Source of the DNA: an uncultured delta proteobacterium
Lineage (GTDB): Bacteria > Desulfobacterota > Desulfomonilia > Desulfomonilales > Desulfomonilaceae
Assembly (NCBI GenBank): GCA_963789265.1
Contig: CAWBKB010000006.1
Location: 64,001 to 128,000, forward strand
Length of the DNA: 64,000 nt
Direction: 5' to 3'
Part shown: in pieces, positions 51,518-62,500 of the stretch
Position numbering within the stretch: position 1 is the first letter of the stretch
How the letters are laid out: every line of letters begins with the position of its first letter
Position numbers and translations under genes: made by a program
Notes under the pieces: model-generated
What the model was told of the DNA's origin: nothing
The model's database searches: none
The model's input: only the letters and a program-made list of their open reading frames with translations

Positions 51518-52876
51518 ATGCCGCTGGGATTAAGTATCCGCTTCCGCTCGCTCCAAATGAGTCGTTTCCTATACAATGTAGTCCTTCACTCCCTCGTGCC
51601 TCCTTTTCTTGCCGTCTATTACTTTCCCCGAATCGTGCTGGGAAAGAAGTATCGACAATCTCTCCTCGGAAAGCTTGGCAGACTACCGGCCGACTTTGTT
51701 CCGGAGAAATTGTCGAAGCCTCGCGTGTGGTTTCACGCAGTCTCGGTGGGCGAAGTAACCGCGCTCGGACCTCTGGTGAAGGAGTTCAAGGAACTGCAAC
51801 CGTTGGCCTCGGTGATCGTCTCTACGGGGACCGAGACCGGTCAGGCCAGAGCGCACGAAGTAATCCCGCACGCAGATGGCTTCTTTTATCTTCCTTTGGA
51901 TTTCCCTGCCTTTGTCAACAATGTGGTCAACAGGATACGACCCGATCTTTTCGTCTTGATGGAAACCGAGCTTTGGCCGAACCTGATCCATAGCATCAAA
52001 AGCAGTGGCGCCACAATTGCCTTGGCCAACGGCCGTATTTCAGACCGATCCTTCCCTCGTTACAAGCGGTTGCGAGCATTCTTCGCTCTGACATTGAACC
52101 ACTTTGACCTTTTTCTGATGGCCTCGGAAGTAGACGGCCGGCGCATGGAGGAAATGGGGGCACCCTCCGGAAGAGTCCAGGTCACAGGCAACACCAAGTT
52201 CGACGCGGCCCTTCTGAAAACCCCGGCAGATGTTAAACCGGACATAAGCGACGTTCTTGAGATCGACGGATCTGTGCCCGTTTTTGTAGCCGGTAGCACG
52301 CACCCGGGTGAACACGAGATTGTCTTGGACGCGTATCGCGCTCTGGCCGAAAAGTTCCCTGACCTCCTGCTGATCCTCGTCCCCAGACACGTCGAAAAGA
52401 GCCCTCAGATCCTCTCGGCCATGCGGGATCGTAATATGGAGCCGCCGTTTCTCCGTAGCTCGGTGGAGACCGGAGAAAAGAGAAACGGGCGCAAAGTTAT
52501 AATCGTGGACCGTACCGGAGAGCTGTTTCAGATCTTTTCACTTGCGTCTGTGGTGTTCATAGGCGGTTCACTGGTCCCCAGGGGAGGTCAGAATATCCTG
52601 GAGCCGGCCGCCTGGGGGAAAATGGTGCTCTTCGGACCGTCTACGGAGGACTTCAGAGACGCTCGGGACATTCTGGTGAGTGCGGGTTCAGGCATAGAAG
52701 TTACAGGGACCGAAGACCTGATCCGAGAGGTAGCCGGGGTTCTTTCAAACCCTGCCCGCGCTGAAATACTTGGCAAAAGAGGTCGTGAGGAAATTCTAAA
52801 GCATGTGGGCAGCGCTCGAAAGAACGCGGAGATCCTCGCTAAATTGCTCTCGACTAAATACGCGGGCACTCGGTAG
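51518..52876 (+). CDS. waaA: 3-deoxy-D-manno-octulosonic acid (Kdo) transferase
   Basis: WFHAVSVGE, ETELWPN, NGRISDRS, GSTHPGE, GGQNILEP. Confidence 0.95.
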   Translation: MPLGLSIRFRSLQMSRFLYNVVLHSLVPPFLAVYYFPRIVLGKKYRQSLLGKLGRLPADFVPEKLSKPRVWFHAVSVGEVTALGPLVKEFKELQPLASVIVSTGTETGQARAHEVIPHADGFFYLPLDFPAFVNNVVNRIRPDLFVLMETELWPNLIHSIKSSGATIALANGRISDRSFPRYKRLRAFFALTLNHFDLFLMASEVDGRRMEEMGAPSGRVQVTGNTKFDAALLKTPADVKPDISDVLEIDGSVPVFVAGSTHPGEHEIVLDAYRALAEKFPDLLLILVPRHVEKSPQILSAMRDRNMEPPFLRSSVETGEKRNGRKVIIVDRTGELFQIFSLASVVFIGGSLVPRGGQNILEPAAWGKMVLFGPSTEDFRDARDILVSAGSGIEVTGTEDLIREVAGVLSNPARAEILGKRGREEILKHVGSARKNAEILAKLLSTKYAGTR

Positions 52877-52896
52877 TACCACCTGGAGCCCGCGCT

Positions 52897-53247
52897 TCAC
52901 TGCTTCGATAACAATGTGCCAAGCTTTTGCAACGCTTCTGATACGGTTTTTGCCGGCAGGGCGCATATCAGTTCTGCATTTCGAGCACGCCAATCCAGGC
53001 TTTTCACTTGGTCGCACAAAATTGCGCCGTTTACCGGCAACCCGGCAGGCAGGCGAACCTCGAATGGATAGCCCTTGATTTGATTGGTAATGGGACACAA
53101 AATAGCCAATCCCACCTTGCCGTTATAGCTTTCCGGCGAGAATATTACTGCAGGGCGACGTCCGGCTTGTTCGCGGCCTGCTTGCGGATTCAGGCCGATC
53201 CAGACCACGTCCCCGCGTTGAGGAACATAGGTCTTGGTACTTACCAC
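52897..53247 (-). CDS. mazF: MazF endoribonuclease toxin
   Basis: YVPQRGDVVW, GREQAGRRPA, CPIT..KGYPFEV, DQVKSLDWRAR. Confidence 0.95.
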   Translation of the reverse strand: MVSTKTYVPQRGDVVWIGLNPQAGREQAGRRPAVIFSPESYNGKVGLAILCPITNQIKGYPFEVRLPAGLPVNGAILCDQVKSLDWRARNAELICALPAKTVSEALQKLGTLLSKQ

Positions 53248-53483
53248 GCCTCGCCCCCCACGGCAGGGCCGGTATTAATCTCGTCATGCAAGTTGTCCTC
53301 AGTGACCAGTGCCAAGAGTTCTTCGAGAGTCGGCTCTGGTTCGATCACAGGTGCCATGATGAGTTTCCCGTTCTCCACTAATAGCTCGACTGAAGACTCA
53401 TTCCCGAGTCCTACTTCAGCGGCGAAGGATTTGGGGATGCGCAGAGCAAGGCTATTACCCCATTTGTGAACTCGGGTTCTCAT
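53241..53483 (-). CDS. mazE: MazE antitoxin
   Basis: KWGNSLALRIPK, LEELL, G.E.W. Confidence 0.95.
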   Translation of the reverse strand: MRTRVHKWGNSLALRIPKSFAAEVGLGNESSVELLVENGKLIMAPVIEPEPTLEELLALVTEDNLHDEINTGPAVGGEAW

Positions 53484-53672
53484 ATAAAGCCTCCGTCAAC
53501 AGTATATACATTAACGATACGGATATTTGTGTCTTTGTCAACTCTGTCAAGCGAGACGCCAGGGCAGGCGCTTGATTTCGCGCAAACTACGCGCTAACAT
53601 TGTAAGTACTTTTTTTAGCGATCCTTTAGTGCGCTCTCTCCTCCCGCCCTCGCAAGTTGGAAGCGACACAAC

Positions 53673-54614
53673 ATGCGCTCAAAATTGCTCATCATTTTGA
53701 TTCTGCTCCTCGTTGGAGGATGCCTGAGCGACCGGGACTCGAAAATAGTCAACTTCTCCAAGGTCATCGAAGTTGCCAAGCCCCGTGCCGCTGACCCTGA
53801 GGATATACGACTGCGGGTCGCTGTTGCGGCGATGATCTCGCCGAAAGAGACCTTCGTATACTATCGCGAGCTTCTTAATTATATCGGCAAAAAATTGGGG
53901 AAAAAAGTCCAGTTGGTTCAACGAAGGACTTATGCTGAGTTCAACGAACTTCTCGGAAGAGGCGAAATCGACATGGCTTTCATCTGTTCGGGACCGTATG
54001 CCCTAGGCAAGGATAAATACGGGTTCGAGATGCTTGCCACACCCGAGATCAATGGCAATCACTCTTACCAGGCCTATCTCATCGTTAACGAGAGGAGCCC
54101 ATTCAAGACCCTGGAAGACTTGCGAGGCAAGACATTCGCTTTCACGGACCCGGATTCCAATACTGGGCACTTGGTGCCGATCCACTGGATTAAAGCGATC
54201 CACGAGAATCCGGAGACCTTCTTCAGCAGCACCATCTACACTTATAGCCACGACAACGCCATCAAAGCGGTTGCAAGGGGACTTGTGGACGCAGCCTCTG
54301 TCGACAGTTTAATTTGGGAATTCTATAATCGAAGGAACCGAAAAATAACCGAAGCAACCAGAATCATTAAGAAGTCGGATCTCTATGGGATTCCACCTTT
54401 GGTGACATCCAAGAATCTTTCCGGTGCTGTGAAAGAGCGGATTCGAAAGATCCTTTTCTCCATGCACCAAGATCGCGACGGCAAGAGAATTCTAGGTCAC
54501 CTCATGATTGATCGCTTTGTACAGCCGATGGATAATTGGTACGACAGCATCAAAGCAATGGCCGGAGTACCCCACCCCCGACCGAGGAACGCTGATGGCC
54601 CTGAAAAGCCTTAG
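53673..54614 (+). CDS. PhnD-fold oxyanion-binding lipoprotein (AioX/ArxX/ArrX-like)
   Basis: VGGC lipobox, QRRTY, FICSGPY, DPDSNTG, TYSHD; no permease or ATPase neighbours. Confidence 0.85.
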   Translation: MRSKLLIILILLLVGGCLSDRDSKIVNFSKVIEVAKPRAADPEDIRLRVAVAAMISPKETFVYYRELLNYIGKKLGKKVQLVQRRTYAEFNELLGRGEIDMAFICSGPYALGKDKYGFEMLATPEINGNHSYQAYLIVNERSPFKTLEDLRGKTFAFTDPDSNTGHLVPIHWIKAIHENPETFFSSTIYTYSHDNAIKAVARGLVDAASVDSLIWEFYNRRNRKITEATRIIKKSDLYGIPPLVTSKNLSGAVKERIRKILFSMHQDRDGKRILGHLMIDRFVQPMDNWYDSIKAMAGVPHPRPRNADGPEKP

Positions 54615-56796
54615 AAGCCAGTTGCTCGTTGCCGTATCATGCCTGGTGGTAGGTAGCGGTGTGCTGATCTCCTTCGTGGTGACCGACCGTTACACGGAAA
54701 GCCTGCTTTCCGCAGTCAAGAGTCAGGCAGAGGATCTTGCGCATGCAGTCGCCTTGGAGGCTGCTGACAAGGTTCTAATAAACGACCTCGTTGCCCTTCA
54801 AAAGATGTTGGACTACCAAATGAGAAGCAACCCCTCTGTGGCGTACCTTTTCATTATGAGAGACGGGAAGATTCTGGCCCACACTTTTAAAAACGGCGTA
54901 CCGATCGAGCTTGTAGGCGCAAACAAGAATCACTCGAAAAATAGAGGGCATTTGCAAAACATCGCCTCGACAAAGGGTGAACACTATCTGGATATTGCCT
55001 GGCCGATATTTTCCGGCCGTGCCGGAATGCTGCGACTCGGTTTTTCGGAAGAACCTTTTAGGAAGCAAGTCAAAACGCTTTGGCTTCAAATGAGTCTGAT
55101 CACCATCGGACTTTTGCTTCTCGCAGTTGTGGGAAGCCTCATTTTTGTGCGAAGTATCACTGATCCCCTTTCCAGACTGGCCAGCGCCACCAGGCGAATA
55201 AATAAGGATGAGCTGGATGTCGCGGTAGAGGTGCGGGGGCAAGACGAAGTAGCGGCTTTGGCTGCTGCTTTCAACCTTATGGTCAGCAGAGTCAGGGATT
55301 ACACTCAGAGGCTCGAAAACAAGGCGAAGGAACTGGAGCGCAGCCACAAGCAGACGACGACGTTTTGCGATATCGTCAGAGAAATCGGTGCATTGCCGAC
55401 ACTGCACGAAATTGGTCCGGCGCTCATCAAGAGATTCGAGAACATTCTGATTTGTCGTGAGATGGTGTTGCTGGTATTGAACGACGAACGGACGAGCCTT
55501 TACAGCCTTTCCCGAACCGACCTCAAAGTGATCGACGAAAGCAAATCCATACGTCTCGCAGGCAAAGCACTGGAGCAAACGAACAGGCTCACGTTTCTGA
55601 ACAAACCAATTCTGACGAGCCCTATTGTGCCCAAATCTTTCCGGTCAGCGGTCCAACAGGCGATAATCCCTATTGCAAGTGAGTATCAAATCTTGGGCGG
55701 GCTCGCCATTGCCTGCCCTGGTGATTGTGAGTGCGATCTGAAAGAAGCCGAGGCGGTCAGTCTCATACTGGGCCAGTCCGCAGGAGTCATCAGGCGGGCC
55801 TTATTGCACGAAGAAGCTGCAAACGATCTTCGCACGAGAATTGAAGCGTGTGCGGGATTCTGTGGCATTGTTGGGAAAGATCCCAAGATGCAGGTGGTTT
55901 ACAGGTTGATTGAAGACGTGGCGCGCACTGATGCTACGGTCCTCATTCAAGGCGAAAGCGGCACTGGAAAAGAACTGGTGGCCAGGGCCATTCATCTGCA
56001 AAGCGAGAGAAAAGATAAAGCGTTTGTGGTTATTAACTGTTCGGCTTACCCTGAATCCTTGTTGGAAAGCGAACTCTTCGGGTACGAAAAAGGGGCCTTC
56101 ACAGGGGCGACACGGCAGAAGCCAGGACGATTTGAACAAGCTGACGGCGGAACAGTTTTCTTGGACGAGATCGGAGAGATTCCCCCTCAAGCACAGATAA
56201 AACTCTTGCGTGTGATCCAGACGCAGAAGTTTGAGCGCCTGGGAGGCGAGCAGAGCCTCAAGGTAAACGTAAGGATACTGACTGCTACGAACAAGGATCT
56301 ACTGAGCGAGGTCAAAAAGGGCAGTTTTCGCGAAGACCTCTTTTATCGGCTCAATGTGATTCCAATTTTCTTGCCGCCCCTCAGGCAGCGTCCGAATGAT
56401 ATCCCTCTATTAGCCAATTACTTTCTTCGCCACTTTGCCGCTGTCCAGGGTAAGGACATTCGAGAGTTCAGCCCGGAGGCCATGCGTAGGATACTTGATC
56501 ATTCCTGGTTCGGCAACGTTAGGGAACTCGAAAACAGTATAGAACACGCTGTTGTACTTGCTAAGGCGAGTCAAATCGAGGCCGTGGACCTGCCTGCCGC
56601 GATCCGAGGTTCATCAATTCCGGCCTATTCGGGAACCTTACCGCTTGCTCTGGAAACCGATAGAGCATTGCTCGAAAAAGTGCTGACAGACTGCAACTGG
56701 AACAAGAAAAGCGCGGCGCGGCGTCTCGGTATAGGTCGCAGCACTCTTTATTCAAAGCTTAAGAAATACCGCATCGCGAAACCAACCCTGCAATGA
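54595..56796 (+). CDS. Membrane-bound sigma-54 enhancer-binding protein (2 TM, periplasmic sensor, HAMP, GAF-like, AAA+, Fis HTH)
   Basis: [40 protein letters not shown]-terminal HTH; HAMP P..RL...DEV..LA.AFN.M. Confidence 0.92.
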   Translation: MALKSLRSQLLVAVSCLVVGSGVLISFVVTDRYTESLLSAVKSQAEDLAHAVALEAADKVLINDLVALQKMLDYQMRSNPSVAYLFIMRDGKILAHTFKNGVPIELVGANKNHSKNRGHLQNIASTKGEHYLDIAWPIFSGRAGMLRLGFSEEPFRKQVKTLWLQMSLITIGLLLLAVVGSLIFVRSITDPLSRLASATRRINKDELDVAVEVRGQDEVAALAAAFNLMVSRVRDYTQRLENKAKELERSHKQTTTFCDIVREIGALPTLHEIGPALIKRFENILICREMVLLVLNDERTSLYSLSRTDLKVIDESKSIRLAGKALEQTNRLTFLNKPILTSPIVPKSFRSAVQQAIIPIASEYQILGGLAIACPGDCECDLKEAEAVSLILGQSAGVIRRALLHEEAANDLRTRIEACAGFCGIVGKDPKMQVVYRLIEDVARTDATVLIQGESGTGKELVARAIHLQSERKDKAFVVINCSAYPESLLESELFGYEKGAFTGATRQKPGRFEQADGGTVFLDEIGEIPPQAQIKLLRVIQTQKFERLGGEQSLKVNVRILTATNKDLLSEVKKGSFREDLFYRLNVIPIFLPPLRQRPNDIPLLANYFLRHFAAVQGKDIREFSPEAMRRILDHSWFGNVRELENSIEHAVVLAKASQIEAVDLPAAIRGSSIPAYSGTLPLALETDRALLEKVLTDCNWNKKSAARRLGIGRSTLYSKLKKYRIAKPTLQ

Positions 56797-56823
56797 ACGC
56801 CTCAATGTTTCTTTCTAGGAACG

Positions 56824-56905
56824 GTGTCTTAATTCGGGACACGACAACCTGCCATAATTTATAACAAATCTCTCTCACGTATAATGGTGTTCAGAATTGA
56901 GACAC
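56824..56905. promoter_or_regulatory. Two 19-bp palindromic upstream activator sites
   Basis: GTGTCTTAATTCGGGACAC (56824-56842) and GTGTTCAGAATTGAGACAC (56887-56905), 16/19 identical in inverted orientation. Confidence 0.7.
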
Positions 56906-56969
56906 ATATTCTGGACGATCTGTTCTCCGTACCGTGTTGTTTTCCACACATCGCCCACTCCGCTCCGAA

Positions 56970-56984
56970 TGGCACGAGATTTGC
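56970..56984 (+). promoter_or_regulatory. Sigma-54 (-24/-12) promoter
   Basis: TGGCACG-AGAT-TTGC matches the consensus exactly. Confidence 0.88.
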
Positions 56985-57023
56985 CTATATGTACCGGAAA
57001 TGTCCATTTTGGGGAACCCACCA

Positions 57024-57446
57024 ATGAAAGGCCCTATCATGGTCATCGATGCCGACAAAAGAACCTGTCGCTCGATGTGCAACCTACTAGAAGCACATCA
57101 GTATCTCGCCATACCATCGCACTCATTGGCAACTATCGAAAACCTCATTGAAAAGAACTCTTGCCGAGTCGTGATCTTAGATCTGGACACTGTGTCGGTT
57201 GACAATCACCACTTTCGTGATCTCAAAAGGAAATATCCCGACTTGCACATCCTAGCGGTTTCCGAACGGCTTCTTCATCCTGAGCTGAAAGAGGCCATGA
57301 CAACCTGCATCTATGCTTGCCTTTGCAAACCGGTAGATCCGGACGACCTGATCTACTTGGTGGGGAGTATTTTCCGCGATGCAACAAATTCAGATGGAAA
57401 TCCTGTGGACAAAGGAATGGAAGGCCCTTCATTCACCGCGAGATAA
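57024..57446 (+). CDS. Stand-alone response-regulator receiver domain
   Basis: VIDAD, VILDLD, AVS, KP; start placed after the promoter. Confidence 0.8.
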   Translation: MKGPIMVIDADKRTCRSMCNLLEAHQYLAIPSHSLATIENLIEKNSCRVVILDLDTVSVDNHHFRDLKRKYPDLHILAVSERLLHPELKEAMTTCIYACLCKPVDPDDLIYLVGSIFRDATNSDGNPVDKGMEGPSFTAR

Positions 57447-57473
57447 CAATGATCAAAGAGGAGGACAGAAGGA

Positions 57474-58265
57474 GTGGCAGCAATGAGTAAACGCGAAGAT
57501 CCCATGGATAGGCGTCAGTTCCTTCGTCTAGGAGGACTTGCCGGCGCTGGTGCGTTGGCTGGAACGGCGTCCGTTCACGCGGCCGAGCCTAATGCCGAAA
57601 ACAAACAGGCCATCCGTTACGGCATGATCATCGATCTGAAAAGATGCGTGGGATGCAAGGCCTGCGCTGCTGCTTGCAAGGCAGAGAACCATACCCCACC
57701 GGGTGTCGTGTACAACATCGTGATGGAAAAGGAGGTGGGGACATACCCGGATGTGCGGCGCCTATTTATTTCCAGGCCATGCATGCACTGCGCTACACCT
57801 TCCTGCACGGTCGTATGCCCGACAAAGGCCACGTTCATCCGCGACGATGGCATCGTAGCCATCGATTATGATCGATGCATTGGATGCCGATACTGCATCT
57901 CAGCTTGCCCTTACGGTGTACGGGCATTCGATTATGGCCATAACTACCATGACAGCCCTACGCCCTACGAGTCACAGCCCTCCCCTGAGTACGGCCAGAA
58001 CAGGAATCGTCATTTGACGGGGAACGAATCGCCCCGAGGCAATGTGCGGAAGTGTCATTTCTGCATTCATCGGGTGAAAAAAGGCCTGAGCCCGGCCTGT
58101 GCGACCACCTGCATCGGGAATGCAATCCATTTCGGCAACTTAAACGACCCTGACGCTCTCTGCACCGTTCATGGGGAAAAGCTCCGGTTTCTTCTGGCTA
58201 CTCGCGATCATATGCGCCTGAAGGAGGAACTGGGGAATAATCCGAGCGTGTATTACCTAACATAA
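57474..58265 (+). CDS. Tat-exported 4Fe-4S subunit (TtrB/SrdB/NrfC-like)
   Basis: DRRQFL; four Cys cluster motifs. Confidence 0.93.
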   Translation: MAAMSKREDPMDRRQFLRLGGLAGAGALAGTASVHAAEPNAENKQAIRYGMIIDLKRCVGCKACAAACKAENHTPPGVVYNIVMEKEVGTYPDVRRLFISRPCMHCATPSCTVVCPTKATFIRDDGIVAIDYDRCIGCRYCISACPYGVRAFDYGHNYHDSPTPYESQPSPEYGQNRNRHLTGNESPRGNVRKCHFCIHRVKKGLSPACATTCIGNAIHFGNLNDPDALCTVHGEKLRFLLATRDHMRLKEELGNNPSVYYLT

Positions 58266-58276
58266 GGGGCGGAATC

Positions 58277-59560
58277 ATGGAAACCAATAACAATGAGACA
58301 AGTCCGTTGATCCGAGTGATCGGCTACATCGTGCTTATCGTTGTGACTGCGGTGGGATTGTGGGAAATGGCGGCGAAATTCCTGAATGGCCCTATAGACG
58401 AGGGCACCACGCAACTAGTCACGTGGGGAATATGGGTGTCCGGGTACATCTTTTTCCTTGGCCTTTCGGCCGGGTCGTTCCTCATCTCAACTATGATTTA
58501 CGTCTTCGGGGTGAAGCAGTTGGAGGAAGCGGGACCTGCGGCCCTGGTTCAGGCCTTGGGGTGTTTGCTCCTCGGCGGTGCCCTCATAGTGCTCGACGCG
58601 GGTCATCCTGAGCGGATATATAAGGTCCTGCTCTACTTCAATCCGACTTCCGTGATGGCTTGGATGGGGTTGTTTTACAATATTTACATTGCCATCATCA
58701 TTGCAGAGATTTACTTGGTCATGAGACCGGGATTTGTCCGGAGCGTACGGTCGGGAAAGCGACCCATCTGGTTGTACCGTCTAATGTCGCTGGGCAGTAC
58801 ACGCCTGGACCGAGAAAGTTTCCTCAGAGACCGGAAGTGGATGATGATCCTGGGCATCCTGGGGATACCGGCTGCAATCATAGTCCACGGTGGTGTCGGC
58901 ACTATCTTCGCTGTGGCCAAAGCGCGCCCAAGCTGGTTGGGTGGGCTCTTTCCACTGATCTTCATCGTTTCGGCTCTGACTTCCGGCGGAGCACTGTTGA
59001 CCTTCCTGACGGCGGCCTTTGGCAAGATGCCGCGTGAGCGGAAGCTCAAGCTCGTAAGTTTTCTGGCTCGGTTGACGATTGGTTTCTTGCTTCTCGACGC
59101 GCTGTTCATGTTTTCAGACATGTTCACGACTTCGTATACGGCTATTCCAAGTGCGGCCTCGACGGATAAGCTTATTCTCTTCGGCCCGTACAAGTGGATT
59201 TTTTGGATTGTTCAAGTAGCCTTGGGATTCGTGATTCCCTTGTTCTTGGTAGCCAGCCCAAGAACCAACAAGGCCCTAAGCTGGCTCGGTCTTGCGGGTC
59301 TCCTCGTGGTGATAGGCCTGTTCGGTGCCCGCTTGACACTCGTCATTCCGCCCCAGATAAAGCCTCTATTCGACATGCAGTTGGGGGCGTACAACCAAAT
59401 TCGATATGCGTACGGTTACGCCCCAAGCACCAGCGACCTGCTGGTTATGCTGGGGATCTTTGCCATCGGCATTTGGATGATGCTGGGAGCCAGGAAATAC
59501 CTTCTCCTGGACGTTAAGATTCACGAAGGTGCACAGCAAGGAGGGGATGTTACCTCATGA
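58277..59560 (+). CDS. NrfD/PsrC-family membrane anchor
   Basis: WGIW..YIFF.GLSAG, DAGHPER, TSVMAW; multiple TMs. Confidence 0.92.
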   Translation: METNNNETSPLIRVIGYIVLIVVTAVGLWEMAAKFLNGPIDEGTTQLVTWGIWVSGYIFFLGLSAGSFLISTMIYVFGVKQLEEAGPAALVQALGCLLLGGALIVLDAGHPERIYKVLLYFNPTSVMAWMGLFYNIYIAIIIAEIYLVMRPGFVRSVRSGKRPIWLYRLMSLGSTRLDRESFLRDRKWMMILGILGIPAAIIVHGGVGTIFAVAKARPSWLGGLFPLIFIVSALTSGGALLTFLTAAFGKMPRERKLKLVSFLARLTIGFLLLDALFMFSDMFTTSYTAIPSAASTDKLILFGPYKWIFWIVQVALGFVIPLFLVASPRTNKALSWLGLAGLLVVIGLFGARLTLVIPPQIKPLFDMQLGAYNQIRYAYGYAPSTSDLLVMLGIFAIGIWMMLGARKYLLLDVKIHEGAQQGGDVTS

Positions 59561-62500
59561 AAAATAGCTCACAGAAAACCGATATCGACGGCAAAAACAG
59601 AGTGGAGCGGCGAGACTTCCTGCGTTCTGCGGCTTTACTCGGCGGCTGCGGTGTCTTGGCGGGAACAGTCGCACCGGTATTTGCACGCTTGGCTCACGCT
59701 CAGCGCATGGCCGAGCTGGACAAGGGCGAGTACAAGTACCTTCACAACAATCCGGAGAACACCATCTTTTCGACATGCCTCCAGTGTCACACCGACTGCT
59801 CGCTCAGATGCAAGGTGGTCGACGGTGTCCTAGTGAAAATCGACGGCAGCCCGATCTGTGCGCAGACCCGTGTGCCCAATTTGCCCTATGAAGGTGACCT
59901 TGCAAAGGCGGCGCTAGTGGAAGGGAGAATTTGTCCCAAAGGCCAAAGCGGGATCGAGACGCTGTACGATCCTCATCGCATCATTAAAGTGCTGAAACGC
60001 AAACCAGGAACGCCTCGGGGCGGCGGCCAATGGGTCACCATCGACTTCAACCTTGCGATCGGTGAAATTGTTGGAGGAGGCGACCTGTTCGGGGAAGGCC
60101 ACGTACAAGGACTGAAAGAGGTCTATGTACTCCGTGACCGCTCGGTAGCCAAGGCCATGGCAGAGGATGTAGCGAAAATCAAGAAGAAGTCAATGACGGT
60201 TGAGGAGTTTAGGAGCAAGCATGAGACGCAACTAAACACACTTATAGACCCAAACCACCCCGAACCTGGGTCCAAAAAATAACCAATTCGTGTTCTTGGC
60301 CGGGCGTATTGAGCCAGGCAGGTCAGACCTAATGAGATGGTTTACGTCTGAGAGCTTTGGGTCGGTAAATTCTTTCGAGCACACAACGATCTGCGAACAG
60401 AGTCATCACATCGCCTACAAGGAAACGACAAACAACTGGCATGGCGGAAAATGGACCGGGGGAAAAGACCACATGAAGCCGGATCTTGGCTCCGCCCGTT
60501 TCGTCATTTTTTTCGGAACCGGGTTCAGCGATGCCAACTTTGGCCCGCCGCTTCTCTCTCAACTCGTCGCAAAAGGTTCTGGCCAATGAGGATCTTAAGA
60601 TCGCTGTTTTAGATCCACGGCTTTCCCGTTCGGCGGGCAAGGCCCACTGGTGGATCCCAATAAAGCCGGGTTCCGACGGGGCCTTTGCGCAGGGAATGGC
60701 GCGCTGGATGATCGACAACGCGCGAATTGACCGCCGTTTTCTAGAAAATGCAAACCAGGCCGCTGCCAAGGCGGATCGCGAAACCGCTTGGAGCACCGCT
60801 TCCTACATGGTCAAGATCGAAGGAGGACGCCCGGCGCGTTACCTCCGGGCTGACGAAGTTGGAGTCGGAAGCAACGTCGAATTTGTCGTGTCACACGCGG
60901 GAACACTCCTGGCAGTTAATCCAAACGACAAAGATCACGCCATTGAAGGTGACCTGGAAGCTAAAGTGGACAAGGACGGGATCGTCGCGAGGACCGCTTA
61001 CAATCTGTTCCGCGATAGGGTGCGCGAGAAGACGCTCGCCCAGTACGCCGAGATGTGTGGTGTCTCACAGGATACCATCGCCGACATGGCTCGGCAGTTT
61101 ACCTCGTACGGGAAACAGGCAGCGGCAGAATTCTACCGAGGACCCGTGAAGCATACGGACGGCTATTACAACGGCCAAGCGATTATTCTCCTCAACGTTC
61201 TCATCGGAAACTCGGGCTGGAAGGGGGGCTTGGCCCAGGGCGGCGGCCATTGGCACGAATTCGGTGGGGCACCTGGGAACCCGTACGATTTCAAGGAAAT
61301 GCACCCCGCACCGCATTGGAATTTCGGGGTCAAGGTGAGTCGCGAGCGCGCGACGTACCGAGGAAAGCACTCTGTTTGCAGGCTATCCGGCCAAGCGCCC
61401 GTGGTATCCTTTTACCGCCAACCTCTACCAGGAAGTGATCCCTTCAGCAAAGGAGGGATATCCCTATCCCATAAAGGTGTTGTTTCTACACATGGGGACG
61501 CCCGTTCTCTCTACGCCGGCGGGCCACAGACAAATCGCCATTCTCAAGGATACGAAAAAGGTTCCGCTGTTTATCGCTTGTGACATTCTGATTGGCGAAA
61601 CCAGCATGTACGCGGACTATGTTTTTCCCGACTCGACGTATTTAGAGCGCTGGGGATTACCCGGGGGGGGGCCTCCGGCGATGCTCGCCCCTTTGAGCAA
61701 AGTGCGTCAGCCCGTCGTAGCACCTTTGACGGAGAGTACCAAGGTTGACGGGATCGAGATGCCGATCAATATGGAGGCGTTCCTTATTGCGCTCGGCAAA
61801 AAGCTGAAGTTGCCCGGCATCGGCAAGGACGCCTTGGGGCCGGGAAAGAACTTCGACCATCAAGACGACTGGTACCTCAAGAGTGTGGCCAACATCGCAA
61901 TGGGCGACAAAAAGGGAGACAAAGTCCCGGCTGCGGACGCGAAAGAGATGGACCTTTTTCGCAAGGCTCGAAGACACCTGCCGAAAAGTGTTTTCGACGA
62001 AGAGCGCTGGAAGAATGCTGTAGGTGCCGATTATTGGCCCCATGCGGTATTCGTGCTCAACCGCGGCGGCCGTTTCGAAGGCTCGGATAAAATGTACAAA
62101 GGCGACACGCAAGCTCATCCCTACTCGGGAATTTTCCAAGTGTTCGTTGAACGTGTAGCCGGGGGGCGCAATTCCCTTTCCGGCCAACCATTCGACGGCC
62201 TGCCGGCCCTGGAAGGGCCCAGGTTCGCGAACGGCAAGCCGGTTGAACAGAATGGGGACTATCCGTTGCGCCTGATCACCTTTAAAGAGATCTTTGGCGG
62301 GCAGAGTCGCACCGTGCCGATGGACCAATGGTTGACCGAACTCAGGCCCGAGAATGCCGTCCTGTTGAACCGCGTAGACGCGAAGAAGTTAGGTCTACGT
62401 ACAGGCGACCGTGTGCGATTAAGGTCAGCCACTAATCCTCAAGGATCATTCGATCTGGGAAACGGCGAGATTCGCCGTGTTGAGGGTGCCGTCAAAGTAA

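Noticed and set aside
53673..54614. Phosphonate ABC transporter
   Set aside because: No phnC/phnE-like genes; the gene overlaps a sensor-regulator instead
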